Below are positions 9,492 to 20,693 of a stretch of 46,156 nt of DNA, piece after piece (the first letter of the stretch is position 1; every line of letters begins with the position of its first letter). The notes under the pieces are model-generated. The model was not told where the DNA came from. It ran no database searches and saw only the letters and a program-made list of their open reading frames with translations. The position numbers and the translations under genes are program-made. The stretch is taken from assembly GCA_041652935.1 (NCBI GenBank), contig JBAZGH010000002.1, positions 18,039 through 64,194 of the forward strand, written 5' to 3'. The stretch comes from Patescibacteria group bacterium. GTDB lineage: Bacteria; Patescibacteriota; Patescibacteriia; Patescibacteriales; XYC2-FULL-47-12.

Positions 9492-11159
<1,668 letters not shown>

Positions 11160-11162
11160 TTT

Positions 11163-11325
11163 AGTTAAAAAGTTGAAAGTTAAAAAGTTAGAAAGAAAAA
11201 ATAAAATCCGAATTTAATAAGAATTCGGATTTTATTATATCTTATTTACAATTCTATTATAATTTTATATAATAATATTAAATATTACTATAACTTTTTA
11301 CTTTTTAACTTTTAGCTTTTTAACT
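11163..11325. repeat. Intergenic palindromic element, family A, enclosing the groEL terminator
   Basis: The arm agttaaaaagttgaaagttaaaaagttagaaag (11163-11195) pairs with ctttttactttttaacttttagctttttaact (11294-11325), whose reverse complement is agttaaaaagctaaaagttaaaaagtaaaaag. Confidence 0.8.
11203..11236 (+). terminator. Rho-independent terminator after groEL
   Basis: 12-bp stem aaaatccgaatt / aattcggatttt with a 7-nt loop, running into a T-rich tract. Confidence 0.7.
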
Positions 11326-11332
11326 ATCTCCT

Positions 11333-12379
11333 ATGTCCATTCCTTATAATTCTCCTTATAAAGTAAGTATTACCGTCGGAACGGTTGTAAAAGCGGTTTT
11401 AGTTTTATTGGGCTTGTATGTTTGCTTTATAATTAAAGACGTATTGGCTATTTTATTTGTGTCTTTGGTATTGGCCTCGGCGATTGACCCGTGGGTTGAT
11501 AAAATGCAGAGCTGGAAAATTCCCAGAGCCATAGGAGTGTCTTTTATATATTTAATTGCCACTATAATTATCGCTCTAGTAATTTATTTATTAATTCCTC
11601 CAATTACGCACCAGTTCAGCTCTTTGTCGGAAAACTTCCCTAAATATGTAGAAAAAGTAAGCACGGGATATAATTTTCTGCGCGATTTCTCGATAAAATA
11701 CGGGGTACTGGATAAAATAAAAACCAGCATCGGCAGTTTAGAGCAAAACATGAATGTGGCGATAGAGGGCATTTTTTCAACCTTAAGCGGATTTTTAGGG
11801 GGCGTAATTTCATTTTTCGTCATTTTGGTCATAACTTTTTACATGGTAGTTGAGGAAGACGCCATGAAAAAAATAATCTGGTCCCTAGCTCCGCCGAAAA
11901 GACAGCCATATATAATGCAGCTTATAAACCGAATGCAAAGGCAAGTCGGGTATTGGTTAAGGGGGCAATTAATTTTAATGTTTTTAGTGGGATTTTTTAC
12001 CTGGTTCGGACTTTTGTTTATTATGCCCGAATACGCTTTAGTTTTAGGTCTATTTTCAGGAATTACTGAAATAATACCTTATTTAGGGCCAATTTTAGGA
12101 CTTATCCCGGCGGTATTTTTGGCTTTAACGATAAATCCTTTTTTGGCGCTTTTGGTGGTTATTTTATATATCATCATCCAGCAAGTAGAGGGCAATATTT
12201 TAGTGCCTAAGATTATGCAGCGGGCGGTGGGGTTGAATCCGATCATCAGCATTGCGGTTATTATGGCCGGACTTAAAATAGCGGGCATTGTCGGCGGGCT
12301 TTTATCAATACCGGTAGCAACAGCCGTAAGCGTAGCCATTAAAGATTGGATTAAAATGAAAAACGAGAGAAAGGATTAA
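11333..12379 (+). CDS. AI-2E family transporter (PerM/UPF0118)
   Basis: 348 aa with multiple TM helices and the characteristic QQVEGNILVPKIM segment. Confidence 0.85.
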   Translation: MSIPYNSPYKVSITVGTVVKAVLVLLGLYVCFIIKDVLAILFVSLVLASAIDPWVDKMQSWKIPRAIGVSFIYLIATIIIALVIYLLIPPITHQFSSLSENFPKYVEKVSTGYNFLRDFSIKYGVLDKIKTSIGSLEQNMNVAIEGIFSTLSGFLGGVISFFVILVITFYMVVEEDAMKKIIWSLAPPKRQPYIMQLINRMQRQVGYWLRGQLILMFLVGFFTWFGLLFIMPEYALVLGLFSGITEIIPYLGPILGLIPAVFLALTINPFLALLVVILYIIIQQVEGNILVPKIMQRAVGLNPIISIAVIMAGLKIAGIVGGLLSIPVATAVSVAIKDWIKMKNERKD

Positions 12380-12384
12380 AACAT

Positions 12385-12455
12385 CTCCACAAATATATAA
12401 ATCCATTGCAAATATCACAAATCCAACGCATCATTTTTTGTGCTATTTGTTCGTT
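12385..12455. repeat. Family F element (ACAAAT/ATTTGT words)
   Basis: ctccacaaatatataaatccattgcaaatatcacaaatcc followed by ...tttgtgctatttgttcg. The vocabulary is shared with 30996-31052. Confidence 0.5.
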
Positions 12456-12461
12456 ATAAAT

Positions 12462-14792
12462 ATGGCTAACGTAATTGAACGCCCAGCTTTAAAAGAACAT
12501 AATTTTTTAAAAAGTGTTATACTCCTAATATTAAAATTAGAGGTTTTTTTTATACCGTTGTTTTTTTTGCCTTTTACATTTGAAGTTTTTGAGTTCAGCA
12601 AGCAGAATTTGCTTTGGTTTTTTACCATTCTAGCAGCCGCTTTATGGCTGGTTAAAATGATTATTATAGACAAGAAGATAACATACCGCCGCACTCCGCT
12701 AGACCTGCCGATAATAATATTTTTAATATTTTGGGGAATATCATCCATTTTAAGCGTTGACTGGTTCAGTTCGCTGTTTGGTTATTACGGCCGTTTTTCA
12801 GATGCTTATTTATCAACTCTATGCTTCGCTTTATTTTATTTTTTGGCGGTGCATTTTATAGACAAATCGCAGATACATAAAATTTTTAATGTTTTTATCA
12901 GCTCAGTATTTGTTGTTTTTATAATAAGCATAAGTTCGCTCTTCGGTTTTTTAATGAAACTGCCCTCAAGCGTCGGATTTTTCAGCATAATGCGTTCTAA
13001 TTTTTTTAATCCCCTGGGAGCATCGGTTGAATCGTTGTCTCTTTTTTCAGCCGTCATTTTAATTCTAGTGACCGCCCTCTATTCTTATAATATAAAGGGG
13101 ACAAGGAAAATGTCAGTTCTTAATATCAAGTACTATGCCTTATTCGCTTTATCATTAATTATTTTATTATTAATAAATTTTCCTGCCGCCTGGATGGTTT
13201 CCATAATCGGCTTAGCCGCAATTTTCAGCTTCGCCCTTTATATAATTTATATTAACCGCGAGGACAGGGAGAGCGTAATTGAAATAGCGGTTGCTCCGGC
13301 GCTGGGCTTATTTTTATTCAGCATATTGTTTTTATTCATTTTCAGCGGCGGCAACGGCCTTAATTTATATAAAATAATCTTTAATGAAAATTTGCCCCAG
13401 GAAGTGATTTTAGCTTCCACTGATACTAAAAATATAATCTGGCAGAGTTTTAAAGATAATATATTTTTTGGCAGCGGCCCGGGCACTTTTGCCTATGATT
13501 TTTCCGCCCATCGGCCCTCCTCATTTAATAATTCTCAGTTCTGGCAGCTGCGGTTTGATAAAGTTCCGATGCATATTATTGAACTGTTCGCGACTGTCGG
13601 CTTGTTGGGGGCATTAAGCTACCTTACTGTTGTTGGCGCGTTTTTATTTATCAGCTTTGTATTTCTAAAAAATATGTTCAGGACGAAGAGTGAAGAAAGC
13701 TATTTGGCATTTGCTTTCAGCTTTGCCGCCCTTTCTCTTTTTATAGTCCAAATATTATACATAACTAATTTAACGCTTAGTTTTTTATTTTGGTTTTTAT
13801 TGGCTCTGGCCATGGTTAATTGGCGTTTTGCTTATGAGAAAATTTTTATTATCAAGGAAATAGACTTGAGCAGATATAAAGATGTCCGGTCCATATACCT
13901 GACTTTCTTTTTTGTGTTTTTGGGGTTTATAGCGTATTTTTTCGCTTTGCAGGCCAGGCATTATTTAGCCGATGTTGCTTACAATAATTTTCGCTTGTCC
14001 GGCAATAGAGAAAGTTTAATAACAGCAACCAAGTTTAATCCAAGAAGAGTTAATTATCGGATCGCCTTGTCTCGAGATTATTTGCAGGAAATCCAGGGCG
14101 ATATTCAAAGTTTAAGCAGCGTAAATTTTAATGTTAATATCAGCGGGGATAAAAAGCAGAAATTGCAAAACAATATACAACTGGCGATAAAGGAGGGCGA
14201 AGCCGCCATAGCCATAGCCCCCAACTCCGTAATAGCCTGGGAAAACATAGCGGTTATATACCGCGATGTCCGTTCAATCGCGGTTGGCTCCATGGAACCA
14301 TCTATACGTTATTTTGAGAAAGCTCACGAACTTGAACCAAGCAATCCCGTTATTTTAACTGAATTAGGCAAGTTATATTTAATTAACAGCCAGACTAAAG
14401 AAGCGGTTGATGTTTTTGATCAGGCGATAAAAGAAAAGGAAAATTATCTTGAGGCCCATATCGGGCTGGCAAAAACTTACGACCAGCTGGGGCAGACGGA
14501 TAAAGCATTGATAATTTTAGAGGAAGTTATAAGCGTTCAGCCCAACGCCGAGGTAATTTATGAAAGCGGGCGGCTGTATTACAACCAGGGGAAAATAGAC
14601 AAGGCGATTGAGCGCTTTTCCCAAGCGGTGCAGATGCGTCCCGGATACGCCAATGCAATGTATAGCTTGGGTTTGGCATACAAAGAAAAAGGTGATAAGA
14701 TAAACGCTCTGGAGCAGTTTGAGAAGGTGTTGGAAATGAATCCGGGAAATCAAGCCGTTAGTGATATTATTGAGGGATTAAAGATAAATTAG
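12462..14792 (+). CDS. O-antigen-ligase-like polytopic membrane protein with C-terminal TPR repeats
   Basis: About 520 aa of TM helices are followed by repeated TPR-like units (A..YF.KA.ELEP.N, EA...LA..Y...G, AL..FEKVLEMNPGN). ATG 12462 is preferred over the track start 12438, which lies in a repeat element. Confidence 0.6.
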   Translation: MANVIERPALKEHNFLKSVILLILKLEVFFIPLFFLPFTFEVFEFSKQNLLWFFTILAAALWLVKMIIIDKKITYRRTPLDLPIIIFLIFWGISSILSVDWFSSLFGYYGRFSDAYLSTLCFALFYFLAVHFIDKSQIHKIFNVFISSVFVVFIISISSLFGFLMKLPSSVGFFSIMRSNFFNPLGASVESLSLFSAVILILVTALYSYNIKGTRKMSVLNIKYYALFALSLIILLLINFPAAWMVSIIGLAAIFSFALYIIYINREDRESVIEIAVAPALGLFLFSILFLFIFSGGNGLNLYKIIFNENLPQEVILASTDTKNIIWQSFKDNIFFGSGPGTFAYDFSAHRPSSFNNSQFWQLRFDKVPMHIIELFATVGLLGALSYLTVVGAFLFISFVFLKNMFRTKSEESYLAFAFSFAALSLFIVQILYITNLTLSFLFWFLLALAMVNWRFAYEKIFIIKEIDLSRYKDVRSIYLTFFFVFLGFIAYFFALQARHYLADVAYNNFRLSGNRESLITATKFNPRRVNYRIALSRDYLQEIQGDIQSLSSVNFNVNISGDKKQKLQNNIQLAIKEGEAAIAIAPNSVIAWENIAVIYRDVRSIAVGSMEPSIRYFEKAHELEPSNPVILTELGKLYLINSQTKEAVDVFDQAIKEKENYLEAHIGLAKTYDQLGQTDKALIILEEVISVQPNAEVIYESGRLYYNQGKIDKAIERFSQAVQMRPGYANAMYSLGLAYKEKGDKINALEQFEKVLEMNPGNQAVSDIIEGLKIN

Positions 14793-14794
14793 TA

Positions 14795-14927
14795 AAATTT
14801 TTAATTTTATAATTTTATAATTTTTAAATAATACCTAATTTTTAAATCATAAAGTCTTGCGCTTAAAGCGCAAGAGGTTTAAAAATTAAGATTTAGAATT
14901 TATTTAAAAATTACAAAATTAAAAATT
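14795..14927. repeat. Intergenic palindromic element, family C, with a central GC hairpin tcttgcgc/gcgcaaga (14855-14875)
   Basis: About 50-nt arms. The right arm 14879-14927 differs by one base from 31917-31965. Confidence 0.85.
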
Positions 14928-14934
14928 CAATAAT

Positions 14935-16248
14935 ATGTCCAAAAAACAAAATAACAATGATTTAATGGAAAAGATCGTTTCGCTCTGTAAACGTCGGGGT
15001 TTTATTTTTCCGGGTTCGGAAATTTATGGCGGGATGGCTAATTCTTTTGATTTTGGCCCGCTAGGAGTAGAGTTAAAAAATAATATAAAGAACGCCTGGT
15101 GGAAACGATTTGTGCAAGACAGAAGCGATATGTTCGGTTTGGATGCGGCTTTAATAATGAATACTAAAACCTGGGAAGCGAGCGGGCATCTTGATAACTT
15201 TACTGATCCGTTGGTAGAGTGCGAGAAATGCAAGATGCGTTTCCGCGAAGATTTGATTGACGGCAAAAAATGCCCGGAGTGCGGGGGAAAATTATCATCG
15301 CCGAAGCAATTTAATCTAATGTTCAAAACTTTTGTCGGGCCGTCTGAAGAAAGCGCAAATGTAGCTTATTTCCGCCCGGAGACCGCCCAGGGAATTTTTG
15401 TGAATTTTAAAAATATAATAGATACCATGCGGCCGAAATTGCCATTTGGTATTGGCCAGATCGGCAAGGCGTTTCGCAATGAGATAACGCCTGGCAATTT
15501 TATCTTCCGCACCCGCGAGTTTGAACAAATGGAAATAGAATATTTTATTGAAGAAAAAAATTGGGAAAAAAGTTTTGCGATGTGGCGCAAAGAAATGATT
15601 AGTTGGATGGAGGATTTAGGTATTGATGTTAAAAGAGAAATTCATGAATTGGATGTGCCGAAAGATGAGAGAGCGCATTACTCTAAAAAAACCATTGATT
15701 TTGAATATAAATTTCCCTTCGGCCAGAAAGAATTATACGGCCTAGCATATCGGACTGATTATGATTTAAAACAGCATAGCAAGCATTCAGGAGAGGAATT
15801 AGTCTATATTGATGCTGACAGTAAAAAATTTACGCCGCACGTTATTGAGCCGTCGCTGGGCGTGGAGCGGACAGTATTGGCGGTTTTATGCTCGGTTTAT
15901 AATGAAGAAAAAGCAGATGGGGGCGAGCGAGTGGTTTTAAAATTTCCACATTGGTTGTCTCCGGTAAAAATAGCGGTTTTTCCTTTGTTAAAAAATAAAC
16001 CCCAGCTAGTGGAAAAAGCAAAAGAGATTTTTGTTGATTTGAATAAAAAGCATACCTGCATGTTTGACGATAACGGCAATGTGGGGAAGAGATATCGGAG
16101 ACAGGATGAAATCGGCACGCCTTATTGCGTAACTGTTGATTTTGAGAGCTTGGAAGATGGGGCGGTGACCGTTCGCGATCGGGATTCCATGAAACAAGAA
16201 CGGATGGCTATTAAAAAATTAAGTGAATATTTTAAAGATAAATTTTAA
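14935..16248 (+). CDS. glyQS: Glycine--tRNA ligase (class II, homodimeric type)
   Basis: RGFIFPGSEIYGGMANSFDFGPLGVELKNNIKNAWW N-terminus, a Cys-rich insertion CEKC...CPEC and class II motifs (FRNEITPGNFIFRTREFEQME). Confidence 0.9.
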   Translation: MSKKQNNNDLMEKIVSLCKRRGFIFPGSEIYGGMANSFDFGPLGVELKNNIKNAWWKRFVQDRSDMFGLDAALIMNTKTWEASGHLDNFTDPLVECEKCKMRFREDLIDGKKCPECGGKLSSPKQFNLMFKTFVGPSEESANVAYFRPETAQGIFVNFKNIIDTMRPKLPFGIGQIGKAFRNEITPGNFIFRTREFEQMEIEYFIEEKNWEKSFAMWRKEMISWMEDLGIDVKREIHELDVPKDERAHYSKKTIDFEYKFPFGQKELYGLAYRTDYDLKQHSKHSGEELVYIDADSKKFTPHVIEPSLGVERTVLAVLCSVYNEEKADGGERVVLKFPHWLSPVKIAVFPLLKNKPQLVEKAKEIFVDLNKKHTCMFDDNGNVGKRYRRQDEIGTPYCVTVDFESLEDGAVTVRDRDSMKQERMAIKKLSEYFKDKF

Positions 16249-16261
16249 AATAAAGCAATCT

Positions 16262-16290
16262 AAAAAGCTCCCGGTTGGAGGGCTTTTTTT
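16262..16290. terminator. Bidirectional terminator between convergent glyQS and the GT2 gene
   Basis: An A-run, then the stem agctcc/ggagggct (one bulge), then a T-run (gcttttttt). Confidence 0.6.
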
Positions 16291-16308
16291 ATTTTGCTAA
16301 ATTATTTT

Positions 16309-17022
16309 TTAAGATTTAATTCTTTTTATCCGTAACTGCCAAAAAAGTTTCAGAGCCATTTTAGCCACATCAGTAATATTTTTAAATTGAATAGCGGAGG
16401 ACTGCTCCGTAGGGTTAATTTTAATGCCGGTTTCGTAATAGCTGATTTTTTTATTTAGCAGTTTAATAACTATTTCAGCCATATAGGCGTGCCGGTTAGA
16501 AGTAATATTTATTTTTTTAACTTCGGCTGTAGGAAAGATATTAATGCCGTTATAGTAGCGGATATGGTTGCTAAAAAGCAGGTTTAAAACCATAGTATAG
16601 AATTTTGAAAGGAAGCGCCTTCTTAAAGAACGCATCTCGGTGTTCTCAGTATAAGGTAAAATAATTTCAGCCTTGCCCAAACAACCAAAGACCTTAACAA
16701 TGGACTCATGGCTAGTCTCATCATCTCCGGGAATCCAAGCGACATATTGTTTTGTCGCTCTCTGTACAGTAACTCTATATTGATGGCCCAATCCCCGGAA
16801 GTCGCGATTCTTTAAATGATGGACAGCAATTATATGAGAATTTTGCTCTGCTAAACGGTCTATAACTTCCTGTGTTTTGTCCCAGCCCCTTTTGTCTACC
16901 AACAGCAGTTCATAGTCAGTAATTTCATTCACCTCCAAAGCCTTAAGCACGGCCCTAACAGTCGGTTCGATGTTTTTTTCTTCATTATAAGTTGTAATTA
17001 TAATTGATAGGCCTGGTTTCAT
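16309..17022 (-). CDS. Glycosyltransferase family 2 (short, DPM1/ArnC-like polyprenyl-phosphate glycosyltransferase type)
   Basis: LSIIITTYNEEKNIEPTV N-terminus and a PGDDE (DxD-like) motif. 237 aa with no C-terminal TM helix. The start overlaps the upstream gene's stop by 4 nt. Confidence 0.75.
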   Translation of the reverse strand: MKPGLSIIITTYNEEKNIEPTVRAVLKALEVNEITDYELLLVDKRGWDKTQEVIDRLAEQNSHIIAVHHLKNRDFRGLGHQYRVTVQRATKQYVAWIPGDDETSHESIVKVFGCLGKAEIILPYTENTEMRSLRRRFLSKFYTMVLNLLFSNHIRYYNGINIFPTAEVKKINITSNRHAYMAEIVIKLLNKKISYYETGIKINPTEQSSAIQFKNITDVAKMALKLFWQLRIKRIKS

Positions 17023-19034
17023 AAAAGTTTGGGTAACACGTCAATTAATGAATCATTTCCCTCGGTTGGCACGCCGAATAATTTAGCCGCTTCTCTTATT
17101 ATGGTTTTGACAGTGGGATAGTAAGCTTGCTCCAGCGGCCAGCTGCAGGGCGTCGGCGCCGGGGGCAGGCTAATGATTTTAATGGGCGCTTTTAAATAAG
17201 AAAAAGCATCTTCCGATGCCATGGCGGCTATAGTAGCAGCCACACTGCAATTATACCAAGCTAAGTCAGCCACCAGCAAGCGGCCGGTTTTTTTTACCGA
17301 GCGTAAAATAGTGTCTTTATCCAAAGGATTAACTGTCCGCAAATCAACAACCTCAGTATTAATGCCGGTTTTTTGCAGCTCTTTAGCTGCCCGCATTGCT
17401 TCAACAGTCATATAAGAGGAGCTGACAATAGTGAGGTCTGTTCCCGGGCGGGCAATAGCGGCCTTGCCCAGCGGGAGAGTATATGTTTCCTCGGGCACTA
17501 ATCCGCTTTCACTATATAAGCTTTGATGTTCAATAAATATTACTGGGTCGTTTGATTCTATGCTGGCCCGCAATAATCCCTTAGTATTGTAGGGCGTTGA
17601 AGGCATAACCACAATTAATCCCGGAATGTGGGCAAATAGCGCCTGGAGAGCTTGGGATTGCTGAGCTGCTTGCCCAAAGTAGCGGCCAATAATCATCCGG
17701 ATGGTCAGGGAAATTTTTCCGGCTTGGCCGCCGAACATATAACTCCACTTGGCAAGGTGGTTTATAATTTGATCCATGGCTAATAAAGAAAATTCCACCC
17801 GTTGATGAATATGTATCGGTCGCATATTTGTCAAAGCAGCTCCGGCGCAGATGCCAGTGACGGCATTTTCAGCTAAAGGAGACTCGAAAACGCGCCGGGG
17901 AAATTTTTTGGCAATCTCCAAAGTGGTGCCGAAGACGCCCTTGGGGTCAGTAGTTCCTTCCCCAATAACAAATACATTTTTATCTTCAGACATAACCTGC
18001 GTCAATGCTTCGGAAATAGCCTCCTTGGTAGTGATTCTTCTGTTAAAGTTTAATGTTCCCGATCTATTTTTACAGCTGGCTGTATTATCAATGCTCCAAA
18101 CGTGGCTGGTTATTTCTTGTTCGTTGGGGAAGGGATCGATTTGAGCCTTAGCAAAAGCGAGTTGTATCTCTTGCTCAACTTTTTTTTCTAAGGTCAAGAT
18201 TTCTTCTGGCAGCAGAAGTGAATTATCTAAAATAAATTTTTTAAATTTTTCAACCGGGCATATTTTTAGCAACATCATCTTCTCTTCTGCGCTTTGGCAA
18301 TATTTTTCTGCTCCGACATGACGGGACCAGCGTTTAGTGTGAAATTCGCAAAACAGAGGACCATCCATCTCGGCAATTCTCCCCTTCATGTCTTGATAAA
18401 TTTGAGCAACATTATTACCGTCTTGAGCGGTGCAGGGAATTAGAGAAGCAAGTCGCTGGGTAATGGGATTAGCAGGTTGGCGGGCTGAGATGTCGGTATA
18501 TGAGGCGCACTGGTTATTTTCGCAGATAAAAAGCACGCGTAGATGATGCAGGAGGGCAAAGTTAGCGCTTTCATAAAAAATTCCCTCTTCAATCGCGCCG
18601 TCGCCGAAAAAAACAACCGCGATGCTATCGTTGTCTCCCCGCAGTTTAGCGGCAAAAGCAGTCCCTACTGCCAAGGGGATTGCTCCACCAACCATGACGG
18701 TCGTGCCCATAAAATTAACTGACCGGTCAACCAGATGCATTGAGCCGCCCTTTCCCTTAGCGCAACCAGTGCTTCGGCCATGAAGCTCTGCCACTAATCT
18801 ATTCAGATCTCCATTCTTAGCTAAATAATGAGTATGGCAGCGATGATGGGAAAAAACATAATCTTTTAACCGCAAAGCCTGGCAAACTCCAACGCCGATA
18901 GCTTCCTGACCAATCCCCAAATGGATAGGGCAACGCATTTGTTTTTTGGGGAAGTTATTAATAATCATTTCCCCCGTTTGGCGGCTGAGCAGTAATTTTT
19001 CTAATAATTTTTTAGATTCAATTGAGGTAAGCAT
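17019..19034 (-). CDS. ThDP-dependent 2-oxoacid dehydrogenase E1 component, fused alpha/beta subunits (paralog A, divergent)
   Basis: 671 aa. The alpha part has HLGIGQEAIGVG, GKGGSMHL and GDGAIEEG...ICENNQ (ThDP motif). The beta part has FVIGEG...ESPLAENAVTGI and a transketolase-C-like end. Confidence 0.8.
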   Translation of the reverse strand: MLTSIESKKLLEKLLLSRQTGEMIINNFPKKQMRCPIHLGIGQEAIGVGVCQALRLKDYVFSHHRCHTHYLAKNGDLNRLVAELHGRSTGCAKGKGGSMHLVDRSVNFMGTTVMVGGAIPLAVGTAFAAKLRGDNDSIAVVFFGDGAIEEGIFYESANFALLHHLRVLFICENNQCASYTDISARQPANPITQRLASLIPCTAQDGNNVAQIYQDMKGRIAEMDGPLFCEFHTKRWSRHVGAEKYCQSAEEKMMLLKICPVEKFKKFILDNSLLLPEEILTLEKKVEQEIQLAFAKAQIDPFPNEQEITSHVWSIDNTASCKNRSGTLNFNRRITTKEAISEALTQVMSEDKNVFVIGEGTTDPKGVFGTTLEIAKKFPRRVFESPLAENAVTGICAGAALTNMRPIHIHQRVEFSLLAMDQIINHLAKWSYMFGGQAGKISLTIRMIIGRYFGQAAQQSQALQALFAHIPGLIVVMPSTPYNTKGLLRASIESNDPVIFIEHQSLYSESGLVPEETYTLPLGKAAIARPGTDLTIVSSSYMTVEAMRAAKELQKTGINTEVVDLRTVNPLDKDTILRSVKKTGRLLVADLAWYNCSVAATIAAMASEDAFSYLKAPIKIISLPPAPTPCSWPLEQAYYPTVKTIIREAAKLFGVPTEGNDSLIDVLPKLL

Positions 19035-19082
19035 AATATTATTTAAGATTATGTATGTTAAAATTAGATTATTTTAGCTTAG

Positions 19083-19096
19083 TTGTCAATTGACAA
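19083..19096. promoter_or_regulatory. Perfect 14-bp palindrome TTGTCAATTGACAA in the divergent promoter region (candidate operator / back-to-back -35 boxes)
   Basis: The sequence is identical to its reverse complement and reads TTGACA on both strands. It lies in the 109-bp spacer between the divergently transcribed E1-A and cytidylyltransferase-kinase genes. Confidence 0.4.
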
Positions 19097-19143
19097 AAAA
19101 GCAGTCAGGCAGTAAGTTTAAAAAGTAAAATTTTAAAATATCC

Positions 19144-20685
19144 ATGGCCTTAAGCAAAGTAAAAAATTTAACCGAGTTGGCAGGGATTCTATCCCGGCTA
19201 AAAAGCCAGGGCAAAAAAATTGTCCATTGCCACGGAGTATTTGATCTGTTGCATGTGGGCCATACGCGTCATTTAAGGGAAGCCAAAGAGCAAGGAGATG
19301 TTTTGATTGTTACTATTACCGGAGACGGGTGTATAGATAAAGGCATCGGTCGGCCGGTTTTTAATGCTGAATACCGAGCAGAAGCATTGGCTAATTTAGC
19401 TTTTGTTGATTATATAGCCGTTATTCATTCTGCCACCGCCGTTGAAACAATTAAATTACTTAAACCAGATGTCTATTGCAAGGGAGAAGATGTTGCTGAT
19501 AATAATAAAGAAGGAATGATAAAAAATAGGCCACTTTATCAAGAAGAACAGGCTATTAAAGAAGTCGGTGGGAGAATATACTTTACTATGAACACCGGGT
19601 TAATCCAGAGTTCTAGCGAGTTGTTAAATAAATTTTTTCCGGTTTTTCCAAAGGAAACAAAAGAGTTTTTAACAAAATTTAAAAATCAATATTCAGCTGG
19701 CCAGATACAAAATTGTCTAGACCAGATACAAAAAATTAAAGTCTTATTTATCGGCGAAACAATAATTGACCAGTACGCCTATGTTGCTACTTTAGGAAAA
19801 GCGCCCAAGGACGATAATTTATCCACTATTTATTCTCATTATCAAAAGTTTGCCGGCGGAGTTATCGCCTGCGCTAATCTGGCGGCTAATTTTTGCCAGA
19901 AGATAGATGTAATTTCAGTTATGGGGCATAATAACGAAGAATATAACTGGCTGAAAAAGAATCTTAAAAAAAATGTAACTGCCAAATTATATCAAAACCA
20001 GGGCGGCAAGACAATTATTAAGAGAAGGTATCTTGACCCGGCTTTTTATCGCAAATTATTTGAAGTTAATATTATAGATAAAGGCAACTTTTTGGATAAA
20101 GAGCTGGAGCAAAAGATATTGCGCCAATTGGAACAAACTATCAGCCAATATGACGCAGTAATAGTAATGGATTATGGGCATGGATTAATGACCAGAAATA
20201 TAATTGAATTTTTATTTCAGCGGGCAAAATTTTTGGCAGTCAGCACCGAAACCAACAGCGCTAATGCCGGCTTTAATTTAATTACGCAAAAATATTCCCG
20301 GGCAGATTATATTTGCCTGGATAAGCCGGAACTGCAATTAGCCGCTCATGACCAGCAGAGCGACTTGAAAAAATTAATTAAGCAGATAGCCGAGCAGTTA
20401 GAAGCGAAAAAGATTATTATTACCTTAGGCCATCGCGGAGCATTGGTTTATGACAGCCATAACTATATGCATATTCCCATCTTTTCTCAGAAAGTCGTTG
20501 ATACTACCGGAGCTGATGATGCCTACTTTGCGGTTAGTTCTCTGCTGGCCAGCCAGGATATTCCTCTGCCAATGGCGGGTTTCGTGGGCAATGTTATTGG
20601 AGCTTTGGCCGTAGAGATTCTTGGCACCCAGAAAGATATTAAGTGTTACTCAGCAGTTAATTATATTAAAACTTTATTAAAATAA
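19144..20685 (+). CDS. Bifunctional cytidylyltransferase-family nucleotidyltransferase (N-terminal) / PfkB-family sugar kinase (C-terminal), HldE/RfaE-like with reversed domain order
   Basis: N-terminal HCHGVFDLLHVGHTRHL (HxGH motif) and C-terminal DTTGADDAYFA (PfkB DTxGAGD-type motif). 513 aa. Confidence 0.7.
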   Translation: MALSKVKNLTELAGILSRLKSQGKKIVHCHGVFDLLHVGHTRHLREAKEQGDVLIVTITGDGCIDKGIGRPVFNAEYRAEALANLAFVDYIAVIHSATAVETIKLLKPDVYCKGEDVADNNKEGMIKNRPLYQEEQAIKEVGGRIYFTMNTGLIQSSSELLNKFFPVFPKETKEFLTKFKNQYSAGQIQNCLDQIQKIKVLFIGETIIDQYAYVATLGKAPKDDNLSTIYSHYQKFAGGVIACANLAANFCQKIDVISVMGHNNEEYNWLKKNLKKNVTAKLYQNQGGKTIIKRRYLDPAFYRKLFEVNIIDKGNFLDKELEQKILRQLEQTISQYDAVIVMDYGHGLMTRNIIEFLFQRAKFLAVSTETNSANAGFNLITQKYSRADYICLDKPELQLAAHDQQSDLKKLIKQIAEQLEAKKIIITLGHRGALVYDSHNYMHIPIFSQKVVDTTGADDAYFAVSSLLASQDIPLPMAGFVGNVIGALAVEILGTQKDIKCYSAVNYIKTLLK

Positions 20686-20693
20686 TTTAATCC

